Origin: Octopus vulgaris
Lineage: Eukaryota
Direction of reading: 5' to 3'
DNA length: 64,000 nt
Assembly (NCBI GenBank): GCA_951406725.2
Contig: OX597819.1
Coordinates: forward strand, 25,854,001-25,918,000
The notes under the pieces: generated by a model
Databases searched by the model: none
Seen by the model: the letters and a program-made list of their open reading frames with translations, nothing else
What the model was told of the DNA's origin: nothing
Translations under genes and position numbers: made by a program
In this document: positions 42,953 through 56,188 of the stretch, piece after piece
How positions within the stretch are numbered: the first letter of the stretch is position 1
Layout of the letters: each line of letters starts with the position of its first letter

Positions 42953-43706
42953 GGTGCGTAAGACATTTAAGGACAGATTCATGGTCATAAAAATCCCCAG
43001 ATATATAATAACTGATAATAATATTTATCAAAAACTGCTAATATGATAAAAATAAACATTCATTTCTAAAATGTTATTTCATAAATCCACCTTCAGCTTC
43101 AAGAGCTGCTTCTATATGTGACCTAAATTATTTACATGCTCAAACCAAGTGGTCCTGGTTAGTTTTCGACGTTACTCTGACTAGTGCAGCTTTCAAAGAA
43201 TCTTTTGTGTTATGGGCGACTTGATTGGCCTCTCTCTCTCAACAACGCTCCTCATATAATAGTCCAATGGATTTAGATCTGGGAAATTAGGAAATTAGGG
43301 GTTATGTGATCATGAAAATTTTCTGCCATCCATTCCTGTGTTACTAGAGCCAGGTGTGATAGTGCAGAGTCTTACTGAAAACCATATGGCCTTCCATTTC
43401 ATACACTGTCTATCCATGGCTTAACAATTGCTTCTAGGACCTCAATGTAGGCGGCATATTTAACTCTAAGGCCTTGTGGAAAGACTTAAGGAGACATCTC
43501 ATGTTCGTCGTTGCTGACAACTCCTAAATCCATGACAGTTGCAAGGAATTTTGTATGCTTAGTCTTAGCAATCGCGTTGTAATCATTCTGACGGGTTGCA
43601 CCGGGTTCGCTTTCCTGGATTATGTATTATCAGAAGTGTAGATATCAAACAATTATTCTCTAAAATTGAATGTAAACTTTTTTAAGCTACTAGATTCCGT
43701 ATCCTG
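42950..43706 (-). mobile_element. Decayed Tc1/mariner-superfamily element (maT/DD37D-like)
   Basis: TA|CAGGGTGCG...CGTATCCTG|TA termini. Minus-strand remnants PDLNPLDY and Q*DSALSH. Confidence 0.7.
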
Positions 43707-43744
43707 TATAGTTGTTTCACTATAGATAAATAAACATATGTATA

Positions 43745-43866
<122 letters not shown>

Positions 43867-44034
43867 TTCCCTAAAAAGGAGAATTACAATTGTCACTAGA
43901 TATGACTAGGGTGTTCGAAAATAAAATGCTAGAGATTAAAGCTAAAATGCTATAATGATGTAGTGAAAGAGCATAAATGTAACTATATACACTAACAGGG
44001 ACCTTAATCTTCCGAAAAATACCCAAGAGTATTC

Positions 44035-44081
44035 TTAGAACTGACGTCAGTTTCGGTAATTTCCTTTGCCTCATCAGTTAA
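44035..44081 (-). ncRNA. Type-I hammerhead with intact core and long palindromic stem III
   Basis: Minus: TTAA CTGATGA GGCAA-AGGAAA-TTACC GAAA CTGACGTCAG TT CTAA. Confidence 0.75.
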
Positions 44082-44764
44082 CACTGGCTCGAAAGTCTGG
44101 CGATATGTATATACGTACGTGTGTACGCTCGTTTGTGTGTGTATGTGTGTGTATGTGTGCGAGCGTGTGCATGTGTGTGTGTGTGTGTGTGTGTGCATGA
44201 TGCTGGAAGTGAAACACTTAATCTTAGTAGGCTATGTGAATTGAACAATTAAGCGTATTTCCAATTTATAATATGTATATTAGAACGCATACAAACGTGA
44301 ATAGGAACTAACTTTTGTTAAGAATTGTATCAACTTTTCTTCTTTACTACCGAAACTTCTTTAACATTTCTAAAGAAACAGAAACAAATGTGCTTGTTTT
44401 TTGTAGCTGCATTATATTTAATCATATGTTCTTGCTGCGTAGCAAAAATAATAAAGTATATTCTTTCTCAACGTATAAGATGAACAAATGCCTGACTGTT
44501 GAGCAACAAGACAGTCTAACCGGATTTACATGAAGTGTTCTTTAAATCATTCATAATATCTTTAAAAAATTAATTATAAAAGGATACACATAAGGTACTG
44601 TCTACACATATATATTATGGCGCATTACAAAACAGCAATTCTCTGATTGGTGAGTTGCAGGATCATATTAAATTATAAACAGCGGGTGTCAGAAAGAAAA
44701 GTATATATAACAATATATGTATTTTATGAGACTAATTGCACTGCTAAAGATATATCAGGGTTTG

Positions 44765-44800
<36 letters not shown>

Positions 44801-45724
44801 TGTGTGGGTGTATATATATATATATAAATATATATGAGCTTTATTCGAATATATTCAGTAAGCAGCGTAAAAGGAGAGGGTCTTGTTTAATTTTCTTGCC
44901 AATTTTTATCTACATGATCTTCCTTCTGTCGTTATTTTTCTTAAGATTAGTGCTGCTGGACATATTTATAATCAAATACGTTCCAACCCTGATATACTTG
45001 CGAAGATTTGATAATACATTCTTTTTTTCTACTTTCTTCGTAATATCCTTCGAATATTTCTTTTTTTATCTTGTGAATTAATAAAACGAAAAGCATGTTT
45101 AAAATCATGTATTTGCATACTAGAAACTAATATTAATTATAGTTTAAAGGTCATAGTAAAATTATTAAATGGGATAAATACTACCTAAACTATTCTGTGA
45201 TAGTACTCCTACATATTTGTATGTGGTAATGCAAACAAAAATGGACTGTATGCCTCGAAACAAGAAAGAGACAGATAGAAAGTCTGAACAAAAGAAGTCA
45301 TGTAAAAAACAAAGACGTTACGGGGCCGAGATAAGCGTGACTGAGGTTAAAAAGGAGAGATGTAGATGGCCACGTGCCACGTAGTACTGAGAGAAGAGGG
45401 AGAGAATGATGGATGGCCGTGGGACAGGAGCAAGACAGAGGAAAGCGTGGAGAGGGAAAGAGAGAGTGAGAGTGGAAGGCAAAAGAGAGACAAAGAAAGA
45501 GAAAAGGGGCAGAAATAGGCGTAGCAGTAATAATACTCTACTGAATAGTCTACTGATTGAGTAAAAAGTAATAAGAATAAAATGCCTGTCTTTATATTAA
45601 TGTTTCAAAAATTCATCAGAAGCGCAATAAACGCAGACGTAGCAAATTCTTCCTCTGTTATCGTCCAAAACACCATAAACGTTTCTTGCCTGCTGCCACC
45701 AGTGTTGAGAGGCCGTTGGAAATA

Positions 45725-45789
<65 letters not shown>

Positions 45790-45790
<1 letters not shown>

Positions 45791-46000
45791 TTTACTCTTT
45801 TACTCTTTTACTTGTTTCAGTCATTTACTGCGGCCATGCTGGAGCACCGCCTTTAGTCGAGCAAATCGACCCCGGGACTTATTCTTTGTAAGCCCAGTAC
45901 TCATTCTATCGGTCTCTTTTGCCGAACCGCTAAGTGACGGGGACGTAAACACACCAGCATCGGTTGTCAAGCAATGCTAGGGGGACAAACACAAAAACAT

Positions 46001-46034
<34 letters not shown>

Positions 46035-46204
46035 GCATATATACGACAGGCTTCTTTCAGTTTCCTTCTACCAAATCCACTCACAAGGCACTGGTCGGCC
46101 CGGGGCTATAGCAGAAGACACTTGCCGAAGATGCCACGCAGTGGGACTGAACCCGGAACCATGTGGTTTGTAAACAAGCTACTTACCACACAGCCACTCC
46201 TGCG

Positions 46205-46207
<3 letters not shown>
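45790..46207 (-). mobile_element. Dominant tRNA/CORE-like SINE, full length
   Basis: Reverse complement of 37310-37712, flanked by (TA)n. Confidence 0.85.
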
Positions 46208-46259
<52 letters not shown>

Positions 46260-46272
46260 ATATGTATATATA

Positions 46273-46480
46273 TAGTAAATCCCCCCAAAACAAAGAACAA
46301 ACATAAAAACAATAACGTGAGGACGTGGTGCACATAAATTATTAGCAGATCCCAGGGAACGAAAGAGAGGTGCTTTTACATTTCGAGCAAAGTTCTCCTT
46401 CAGAAACAGGAGACAGAGGAAAGTCCAATAGAAAAGTGAGACGGCGGGGAAAAACATCGCCAGCGATTCACATGTGGTTA
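46273..46480 (-). mobile_element. pLTR-like repeat (family of 39840-40040) with a decayed HHR
   Basis: Minus: GTTT CTGAAGG A GAAC-TTT-GCTC GAAATGTAAAA. The TGGCGATGTTTTTCCCC flank matches 39860. Confidence 0.6.
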
Positions 46481-47558
46481 CTTATATAATATGAGCATCG
46501 TATTGTTCTCATTGATATATATATATATATATATATATAACTTATATACTGACATCGTACATTTGAAATGTATATATTATATATATATATATATACACTT
46601 ATATACTGACATCGTCATTTTGAAATGACATTTTGAAATGTATATATATATATATATATATATACTACATATATATATATACTGACATCGTATTGTTCTC
46701 TTTTGCCCCATACTCTTTTTATTATTTACCTTCCTAACGCCCATTTATTAAACGTAGGAGGGCCACTTTGAATATCAAAATGATAGACGCTTTTTAAGGT
46801 GGAGAGTAATCCTAAATTCTATGCTGCACAGTGAAGTTAAATAATTTAATGTACCTTATTTAATGACTAATGTTACTCATGTCCACTGGTGTATTGCTTA
46901 TTATTTATGAATATTTAAGTTACGTATTATCTCAATATAAATCTAGTGTGGTACTTTACTTAATGTGATATACATGTGAAATTTATTTGAAGTGTTACTT
47001 ATGTACATAATATCTTAATTGAATTAAACGTGCATTAAAAAAAATAAATGAAATTTCTGTTTACACTTGTTAAATTACAATTTCTAAAGATTACATTATA
47101 TGAAATATCATACTTACGTATTGAAAGGGCTAGCGTGTTTCAGATGAAGATCAGTAACATGTTTACGTTGAACATTAAATGTGCAATTTCTCCAGTATCT
47201 TCTTCAAAATAGAATATAATTTCATGAAGATTTTCAATTAAGGTTACATATTCGAAATAAAAATTTGTAAACATGTTCTCTATTATATAAACATGCAATC
47301 CACGTATGTCTTAGTCAGACTGGGTGGCGAACGGAAGAAATATGCAAATGTTTAAAAAGTTTGCTTTGCAATCACGAGATCAAAGTTTAGGTTCTACTTT
47401 GTAGTATTTTACAGAAAGGTCATTTTCTTGAGTCGACTCATACTTAGTGACTAAAGCTGAATAGTTGAAAAACATTTGGCAGATCGGCAGGGAGAATTGT
47501 ACTTGTAACTGAAAAGATAAAGGACAGACTCTGATACGCTGACTCGATTTAAGAGTTA

Positions 47559-48120
47559 TTGGGTTGTCCGGAAAGTTCATGCCGATTTATAATAGCTTAT
47601 CTTTCGAGTTATTTTAGCACATGGTTGAGTCTATAAAATAGGATTTGACTACATCTCCATTAAGAGGATAGTTTAAGCTATCTTTTCGTGGAAGAAGGTT
47701 TATGTTCCTATAACCTGTGTTAATTCTGTAACCCTTTAAAATGGAAGAAAGTTCATTTTCGGCACTTCATGCTTTGGGAACCAGACGAAAATTGCTGTAG
47801 CTCGGCTGGGATGTGTTACCCCCAACCCCCATATTCACCAGATATTGCTCCTTCGGATTTCCACTTATTCAGGTCGCTGCAAAATAAACTTAATGGTAAA
47901 AATTTCAATATCTTGGATGACATAAAAAGATACCTTGATGAATTCTTTGCCATGAAACCACCTCAGTTCTGGGAAGAGGGTATTTTCAAGCTAAAGGAAA
48001 GATGGAGATGCATTGTGTAACAAAATGGTTCATATTTGGTTGATTAAAAATGTAATGGCAAGTGTTTATTGACCTTTTTCTTTCCTTTAAAAATCGGCAC
48101 GAACTTTCCGAACGACCCAA
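47559..48120 (+). mobile_element. Internally deleted mariner (DD34D) element
   Basis: TIRs TTGGGTTGTCCGGAAAGTTCATGCCGATTT and AAATCGGCACGAACTTTCCGAACGACCCAA, TA TSD. Encodes PPYSPDIAPSDFHLFRSLQN...GIFKLKERW. Confidence 0.92.
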
Positions 48121-48976
48121 TATGTTAAGTGTACATGTATTGTGAAACGCTCAGCCAATGTTTATTTAGTTGCTGCTGATTCAGTTGATCAGACAACTAG
48201 CTCCTCAACGGAGATCTCACAGTGGTCATTATTTTACTACACAATATGACTATAGCACTTGAACTGCAACGCCAACATAAATTAAGTCTAAGTGTTGTGT
48301 TATTCCATTTTATAATATAATCAATAGTTATAGCATGATATCTTCAGACAAGATGTGACAATTTATCATCTGAAACGTTGTATATGAACGAAAATAGCAT
48401 GTTTAGATCAGTGAAAGTTAATTTGACGACAGACAAAACCTTATTCAATTATACATAGCAGTATTATGTGCAGTATATTCTCTAGATTGCAATACGTTTC
48501 GCTTTTACAGATCTCGCTCAATATAACAATGGTGCATGTATTTCCGTAAGAACCATTGTAAACTCTATTAAATTGGAAAGAACAGTAGGAAATCCCCATA
48601 ATGAAAATAAGGTTCGCCTGGAGCTCGTTGAACAATAAATCATAGTAAGGATTCCATTTGGATTCATAGAGTGAAAATTTCGTTTGTTTCAAGAACATTC
48701 TCGAAAAGCAAAATTAGAAGGTAATGAAGATATTTTGTATTTCAACTTGCGATCCACACGACATTCCAGGTGGACGCTATACTTTGCGGACAATGTGGAA
48801 TTATTATGATTTTAGGGAAGGGCGTTTAAGAATGCAGTGTTTTCAGTCATATTCAAAAGCCATTAAGAACAGAAATAATAAGATATGGTTTATAACATGA
48901 TCCATTTACAACATGTTAAATAAGCAAAACCATATTATACGCTCTATATAGTTATGTCTGCATATATATAAACACA

Positions 48977-49030
<54 letters not shown>

Positions 49031-49942
49031 CAGAGAGAGAGAGAGAGAGAGAGAGATACCTTTAGAGAGAGAGACTCGCAGCTGCTTGCAGTACTAAAGG
49101 TCAATATTAATGGCCTGGATGCTCATGGCATTCAGGTTTTCATTTCTGCCGGTCACATAGCTAAAAGGTATGGGTATTCTCCATTTAAAGTTTTGTGAAC
49201 ACTGAATCCTACATCCCATATCATAATAATAGAGACCACAAATAATCCAAAACTCTAAACTCTCAAATCGGCGTTAAGTCATTATAATCATTCATTTCAA
49301 TATTCACATATCCGCTTGATAGTAACTCTCCCCACTACACCGAAAGCAGAATGTCACCCTAATACGCAATCTGCAGTAGAAAAATGAACTTTGCTAAGGA
49401 TTCCATTGTGCCTTTATATAACTTATCAAGAAATATTTCATCAAACCGTCACTTCTGTTCAAAACAGCACTGTTCGATTTAGAAAAAGTAAGTCATTCTT
49501 TAAGGTAGTTTTATATAATTTATGCTTAGAAACAAAGACAGGAGTATTATGCCTAAAATGATGTTGATGTTAGGTCTTCATAATCAAAAGCTGACTTGGA
49601 TGGAATCAGCTACGTTATCGAGATTATGAAAAAATATATTTCTGTATGTTGTAAAAAATAATCAATTTGTCTAGACGGATTTCCTGGTTTTATTAGTAAA
49701 AATTTATGTTTATTTATTTACTGTAGAAATACAAAATTAAAATTCTTCTGTACATAGTCCTGCGGACTTGAAAAAAACATACACAGAAGCAAGTACACAT
49801 ATATAGACGAACAAATATGATCCATCTGAAACAAGTAAAAGATAAAAGATATATATATATATATATACATGCATATATATATATATATATATATACATAT
49901 ATATTGATATATATGAATATATATATATGTATACAAACACAC

Positions 49943-50006
<64 letters not shown>

Positions 50007-50284
50007 AAATACACGCACATATATATATACAGAGAAAGAGAGAGGGAGGATTATTGTAGTTCGCATGAAGCATTGTGTATTGTTTGCAAAATTTAATGTA
50101 TCTTCAATGGCACTAAAATGCACCATAATAACAACTATGTCTCATATAATATTTCGAAATATAAAAATTCCTTCTCCAGATATTCCTAGGAATTGATTGA
50201 GTCACTGCTATTATCGATTTTACAACGGTTTTTTTTCCCGAAGCGTCTCTGCAGTGGTCTTACATTCTCACATATGTACATACA

Positions 50285-50329
<45 letters not shown>

Positions 50330-50472
50330 ATGTATATATGTATGCAAGGTATGTATAAATGCGTATACAGGAGCGATAATACATACAGATACACGTATAT
50401 ATGGGTGTGCATGTGTACATATACACATGAGGACGTGTTGTATATGTAGATATTGATATGTATACACATCTG

Positions 50473-50524
<52 letters not shown>

Positions 50525-50532
50525 AAAGTTGG

Positions 50533-50582
<50 letters not shown>

Positions 50583-50636
50583 TAAGTATAGGAAAGAATG
50601 GAGCTGAACGAAGATTTAATAAAATTCCTTTATTTT

Positions 50637-50722
50637 ATTTTCGACATATGTTTCGAAGTCTGCAAAATCCCTAATTCCGAATGGATAAGGAGTCCATTAT
50701 GCAGCTTTCTCTTCAGGAAAAT
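50637..50722 (-). ncRNA. Type-I hammerhead ribozyme with canonical core and GUC cleavage site
   Basis: Minus: ATTTTC CTGAAGA GAAAGCTGCA...TGCAGACTTC GAAA CATATG TC GAAAAT. 6-bp stem I, extended stem II, palindromic ACATATGT stem III. Confidence 0.82.
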
Positions 50723-50787
50723 CCAGGAACTTATTTAGCCAACAAAATGCACAACAAGATAAGATAATTCATTTGTCTACTTAAATA

Positions 50788-50828
<41 letters not shown>

Positions 50829-51496
50829 GTCTAATATATACATATGTATACATCTTCACATGTATATTTTCTTCTCCTACAAAGCACTGACCTGTCCAAC
50901 CACCTAATCTATATTCCCCAATTCTTCATTCCATACTACTACCCCTCTCTGTGTCCCATCACTTAGATTCTATTTTACTTTTTATACCTCTCTCTCTCAT
51001 TCCGTCTATCTTTTTACACTCTAATACCTTTCTCTATCATCCACATCTCCCCATTCCTACTTTCAAATTACCTTGACTAATCACTAACTGGTACACTTTC
51101 CCTTATTATATCTCTCCTTGTTTTTCTTTTTTCTTTCGTTTCTTTATTCCTCTCTTCATGTTTTCTTCTGTTTTTCTTTTTTCTCTTTTCTTTATTCCTC
51201 CCTTCCTGTTTTCAATGTAACCTTACAAATACATACCCTACTTTTATGTCACTTTAAATAAAACCCTTGATTCAGTAGCACTGTACACAATCTCTATACT
51301 TAGAATGAAAAATTTTAGATACTATTGGATTTTACTCTCAATGTATTGGAATCATATATGTATACCATATTGCCTACTTAATGGATCTACAAATACAATA
51401 TCCCTACATACCTCACATCTATTTCCATTCTTCCACTTGACTCTCTATTTCGTATCTTATCTAAATTAACTATTGCTTAAACATATTCTCACACCC

Positions 51497-51543
51497 TCTT
51501 CGATGAAGGGATATAATAAATATCCTGGAAACAGCTGTAAGAC
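51497..51543 (+). ncRNA. Degenerate type-I hammerhead
   Basis: TCT TCGATGA A GGGATAT-AATAA-ATATCCTG GAAA CAGCTG TA AGA. Palindromic ACAGCTGT stem III; core positions 3 and 4 altered. Confidence 0.55.
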
Positions 51544-51612
51544 CTTTATAATTGTCCTAAAATCCTCACAGCCTTGGTTTTTTTATCTCATTCTGAAAAC
51601 AAATTATATATA

Positions 51613-51686
<74 letters not shown>

Positions 51687-51688
<2 letters not shown>

Positions 51689-51809
51689 GGTTGTCCACAA
51701 AGTCTGGGTAGATGGCGATTAACACATACTTTAAGAAACTATTATTTCTTATATATAATTCTTAATGTAATGATTTTATTTACTCCGTGTAGCCAGACTT
51801 TGTGGACAC

Positions 51810-51813
<4 letters not shown>
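51687..51813. mobile_element. ~127-bp Tc1-type MITE
   Basis: TIRs CAGGTTGTCCACAAAGTCTGG and CCAGACTTTGTGGACACTCTG, inserted in (TA)n. Confidence 0.8.
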
Positions 51814-51854
<41 letters not shown>

Positions 51855-52434
51855 TCGTTTATTTGTATGTATATATACATATATATTAGGCCAGAAGTGT
51901 GTATACTACATCAATGTTTGCTTGTCAAATCTGCTAAAGACAGTTAGTGATATATCAAACTATGTCATGCAGTCTTCGAAAGTGAAAGTTACGTTGACAT
52001 TATAGTGCGCTCTAGCTAAATTGTACAGATTGTTAATAAAAATATACTAATAAAGTATATATTATCTGATTTCAATAAGGAATTTTCTGTTTGTTTAAAT
52101 GTTATTTCTTTGCAAATGATAGGAAAGACTCTAGTAGAATCAGAATACATTTAATATAAGATATATTGATTGATGTCGGATGCTGAACTATGATATTCGT
52201 TTATAATTTACCATGTAATATATTTATTTTGTTATTGGCGTCAGGAATCCATTCACCATTATAGAACAGTTCTTATAGAATCTTATTGGGGCTTTATATT
52301 TCGTAATGGGATTAAATTTAAGCACGAGTGTTTGAATTTCGAAATATTTGAGTATATACACATACATCTGTGTGTATCGATTTGTCTAGACGGACTACAT
52401 GATTTTGTCAGTAAAATGCTATTTTCCCTCTTCC

Positions 52435-52865
<431 letters not shown>

Positions 52866-52927
52866 TGCTTGCCTGTTTGTCTGTCTGTATATATATATAT
52901 ATATATATATATTACATATATATGTAT

Positions 52928-52966
<39 letters not shown>

Positions 52967-53272
52967 TTGTGTGGATGCAAATATGTATCTATGATGTAGG
53001 TATTAGAAAACCGATTATAAAAATTTACGTACAAAATCAAGGAGAAACGAATTTAATTCCAAAATGCATATTTATATACATAAACACAATGTCTGTGTAT
53101 ATTTATTTATAGACAAGTTCATATATATATGTGTGTGTGTGTGTGTGTGTTTGCATACTTATTTCTAAATATGTATATGCATGCATATGTTTTCTTACAC
53201 ACACACATACATATGTATCGTGGTACTGCGTCGGTTACAACGACGAGAGATTCAGCGTGACACAGAGTGCGC

Positions 53273-53307
<35 letters not shown>

Positions 53308-53521
53308 CAAATATATACAAGAAAACATCTTCTTTGTTCCAGCTACAACGGAGAGAAAGAAAGAAACACAAGTTAGAAGAAGAAAGACAGATGGCCGATA
53401 GTCACGTGGGAGACACGGGAGCAAGGGTGGAGAAGGGAGGGAGAGAGAGTGACAGAATAATAGGATAGAAAAGTGGTGGAAGAGGATGTAAATGAATAAG
53501 AGAGAGAAAAATTCCATGTGA

Positions 53522-53560
<39 letters not shown>

Positions 53561-53884
53561 AGAAAATAGTAAAGTGTGAAAAAACGACAGAAGGCTTAAA
53601 TGTTAAAAAATATATATATTTGTGTCAAAATGTCTGGAGAATATTGGAAAAATTTTTTTCCTTTCCTTAAAATGACATAATTTAAATTTTTTTAAAGAAA
53701 TTACCGGTTTCGCGTGTAGGTTTTCAAATTTCTTGTGACGTTATGTTTATATTGCATGGATTTATCGTTGTTTTTATTTCCAGGAGATTTCTAAATAAGG
53801 GGAGGTAGTGAGTGATTTTTTCCGGTGTAGGGGAGATAATCGCTTAAATTTTTTTTTTTTTTTTTTTTTCCCCATTTCCTTGTT

Positions 53885-54830
53885 AATTTCTCTGTGTCAG
53901 TATGTTCGGATGGTTGAGTCTGGGTTTGTACTTTTCAATGAAGAATGTTTCCTTGTTCAGTCTCATTTGTGTTGATGATCCGAAAGCACATTGGTAAAAT
54001 GGGAAGATTAAAATTGTGGCAGTAGTTGCTTTGCGCATTTCTCAATGTGCTCACTCTAAAAGGTATCATTCTATATTCTGGGAATGCAATCTGTTGTCGA
54101 TGCAGTGTGCATCTGCGCCTGAGTGATAGTCCCGTGGAAACCACGTAGTCTTGGTGGCAGCCCGAGCATTTAATAACATAAATTATGTTTTCAGAGGCAC
54201 AAGTAAAGTTAGATTTGATCTTAAATTTCTGTCCCTCTTTAAAGAAGAATTCTGATCCTTCCAATAGGTTAGGACATGTTGCACAGTTCGATCTACCACA
54301 TTTTTTTTACTTTTGCATCCGTAATTTTAGAAGACAATTTTGCCTTTGTGAGAATCTTTTTAAGTGATTTAGGCTGTTTGTAGCTTTTAATGATTTGGTG
54401 TATGTTTAGAATTTCCTTTAATTTTGGGTTTTTATGAAGTATTGGTAAATTCTGGGTGATGATGGTGAAGGCTTCTTTGTTTCTGGGGTTGTATGTAGAT
54501 ATGTAAGGTAGTATTTTCGGGGAAGGTGTGTTGTTGTGTTGAACTTTTCTTAAAGTTTCTATGTTGATTTCTGCTGCACGTCTGATCGCATCCTCTATGA
54601 GTTGAGCTGGGTAATGTCTGTCAATTAGGGTGTTTTTGAGTTCTTGCAGTCTAAAGTTCCTGGTATTTTGTTCTGACACTATTGTGCATATCCTTCTTGC
54701 AAGGTTGAAGGGGATGTTTGTTTTAGTGTGTCTTGGGTGGCATGAATTAAAAGAAGGTATTGTTTGGCGTCTGTGGCTTTGTAAAAAATGTCTGTTTCTA
54801 TTTTAAGGTTAATTTTTTTAATTAGTATAT
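53885..54830 (-). pseudogene. Mirror copy of the PLE ORF, with frameshifts
   Basis: ORF track pieces 54679-54912, 54293-54679 and 53935-54264 reproduce the + strand protein, with indels mostly at homopolymer runs. Confidence 0.85.
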
Positions 54831-54852
54831 CCAATACTTCATAAAAACCCCA

Positions 54853-55788
54853 AAAAAAATTAACCTTAAAATAGAAACAGACATTTTTTACAAACCCACA
54901 GAAGCCAAACAATACCTTCTTTTTAATTCATGCCACCCAAGACACACTAAAACAAACATCCCCTTCAACCTTGCAAGAAGGATATGCACAATAGTGTCAG
55001 AACAAAATACCAGGAACTTTAGACTGCAAGAACTCAAAAACACCCTAATTGACAGACATTACCCAGCTCAACTCATAGAGGATGCGATCAGACGTGCAAC
55101 AGAAATCAACATAGAAACTTTAAGAAAAGTTCAACACAACAACACACCTTCCCCGAAAATACTACCTTACATATCTACATACAACCCCAGAAACAAAGAA
55201 GCCTTCACCATCATCACCCAGAATTTACCAATACTTCATAAAAACCCAAAATTAAAGGAAATTCTAAACATACACCAAATCATTAAAAGCTACAAACAGC
55301 CTAAATCACTTAAAAAGATTCTCACAAAGGCAAAATTGTCTTCTAAAATTACGGATGCAAAAGTAAAAAAATGTGGTAGATCGAACTGTGCAACATGTCC
55401 TAACCTATTGGAAGGATCAGAATTCTTCTTTAAAGAGGGACAGAAATTTAAGATCAAATCTAAATTTACTTGTGCCTCTGAAAACATAATTTATGTTATT
55501 AAATGCTCGGGCTGCCACCAAGACTACGTGGTTTCCACGGGACTATCACTCAGGCGCAGATGCACACTGCATCGACAACAGATTGCATTCCCAGAATATA
55601 GAATGATACCTTTTAGTGAGCACATTGAGAAATGCGCAAAGCAACTACTGCCACAATTTTTAATCTTCCCATTTTACCAATGTGCTTTCGGATCATCAAC
55701 ACAAATGAGACTGAACAAGGAAACATTCTTCATTGAAAAGTACAAACCCAGACTCAACCATCCGAACATACTGACACAGAGAAATTAA
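54853..55788 (+). CDS. 5'-truncated PLE ORF: RT thumb, C-x4-C-x2-C linker and GIY-YIG endonuclease
   Basis: Open frame ETDIFYKPT...YLLFNSCHPRHTK...CGRSNCATC...NIIYVIKCSGCHQDYVVST...RRRCTLHRQQI...KETFFIEKYKPRLN. No native start codon, so probably not expressed. Confidence 0.85.
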   Translation, partial: KKINLKIETDIFYKPTEAKQYLLFNSCHPRHTKTNIPFNLARRICTIVSEQNTRNFRLQELKNTLIDRHYPAQLIEDAIRRATEINIETLRKVQHNNTPSPKILPYISTYNPRNKEAFTIITQNLPILHKNPKLKEILNIHQIIKSYKQPKSLKKILTKAKLSSKITDAKVKKCGRSNCATCPNLLEGSEFFFKEGQKFKIKSKFTCASENIIYVIKCSGCHQDYVVSTGLSLRRRCTLHRQQIAFPEYRMIPFSEHIEKCAKQLLPQFLIFPFYQCAFGSSTQMRLNKETFFIEKYKPRLNHPNILTQRN

Positions 55789-55928
55789 CAAGGAAATGGG
55801 GAAAAAAAAAATATTTTAAGCGATTATCTCCCCTACACCGGAAAAAATCACTCACTACCTCCCCTTATTTAGAAATCTCCTGGAAATAAAAACAACGATA
55901 ATTCCATGCAATATAAACATAACGTCAC

Positions 55929-55968
55929 AAGAAATTTGAAAAGCTACACGCGAAACCGGTAATTTCTT
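55929..55968 (+). ncRNA. Minimal hammerhead in the PLE 3' pLTR, U3:A8 core variant (mirror copy at ~53695-53734, minus)
   Basis: AAGAAAT TTGAAAA GC-TACAC-GC GAAA CCGG TA ATTTCTT, about 140 nt after the ORF stop codon. Confidence 0.65.
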
Positions 55969-56141
55969 AAAAAAATTTTTAATTATGTCATTTTAAGGAA
56001 AGGAAAAAAATTTTTCAAATATTCTCCAGACATTTTGACACAAATATATATTTTTTTAACATTTAAGCCTTCTGTCGTTTTTTCACACTTTACTATTTTC
56101 TTATATATTCACCCACGTGCTTTACCAAACAAACTTTCTTA

Positions 56142-56188
<47 letters not shown>

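Larger units (their letters stand above)
53555..56108. mobile_element. Penelope-like retroelement present as a ~2.5-kb head-to-head palindrome
   Basis: Arms 53555-54820 and 54852-56108 are near-identical reverse complements. Flanked by (TA)n. Confidence 0.92.

Noticed and set aside
45595-45625. CTGATGA ATTTTT GAAAC on the minus strand
   Set aside because: No credible stem I or stem II; compatible with chance in AT-rich DNA.
46490-46700. CRISPR-like repeat-spacer pattern
   Set aside because: The spacers are (TA)n, the repeats are irregular, the context is eukaryotic and there are no cas genes.
48340-48385. AGATG...CATCT GAAACGTT hammerhead-like 3' half
   Set aside because: The core has at least two non-compensatory changes and there is no stem I.
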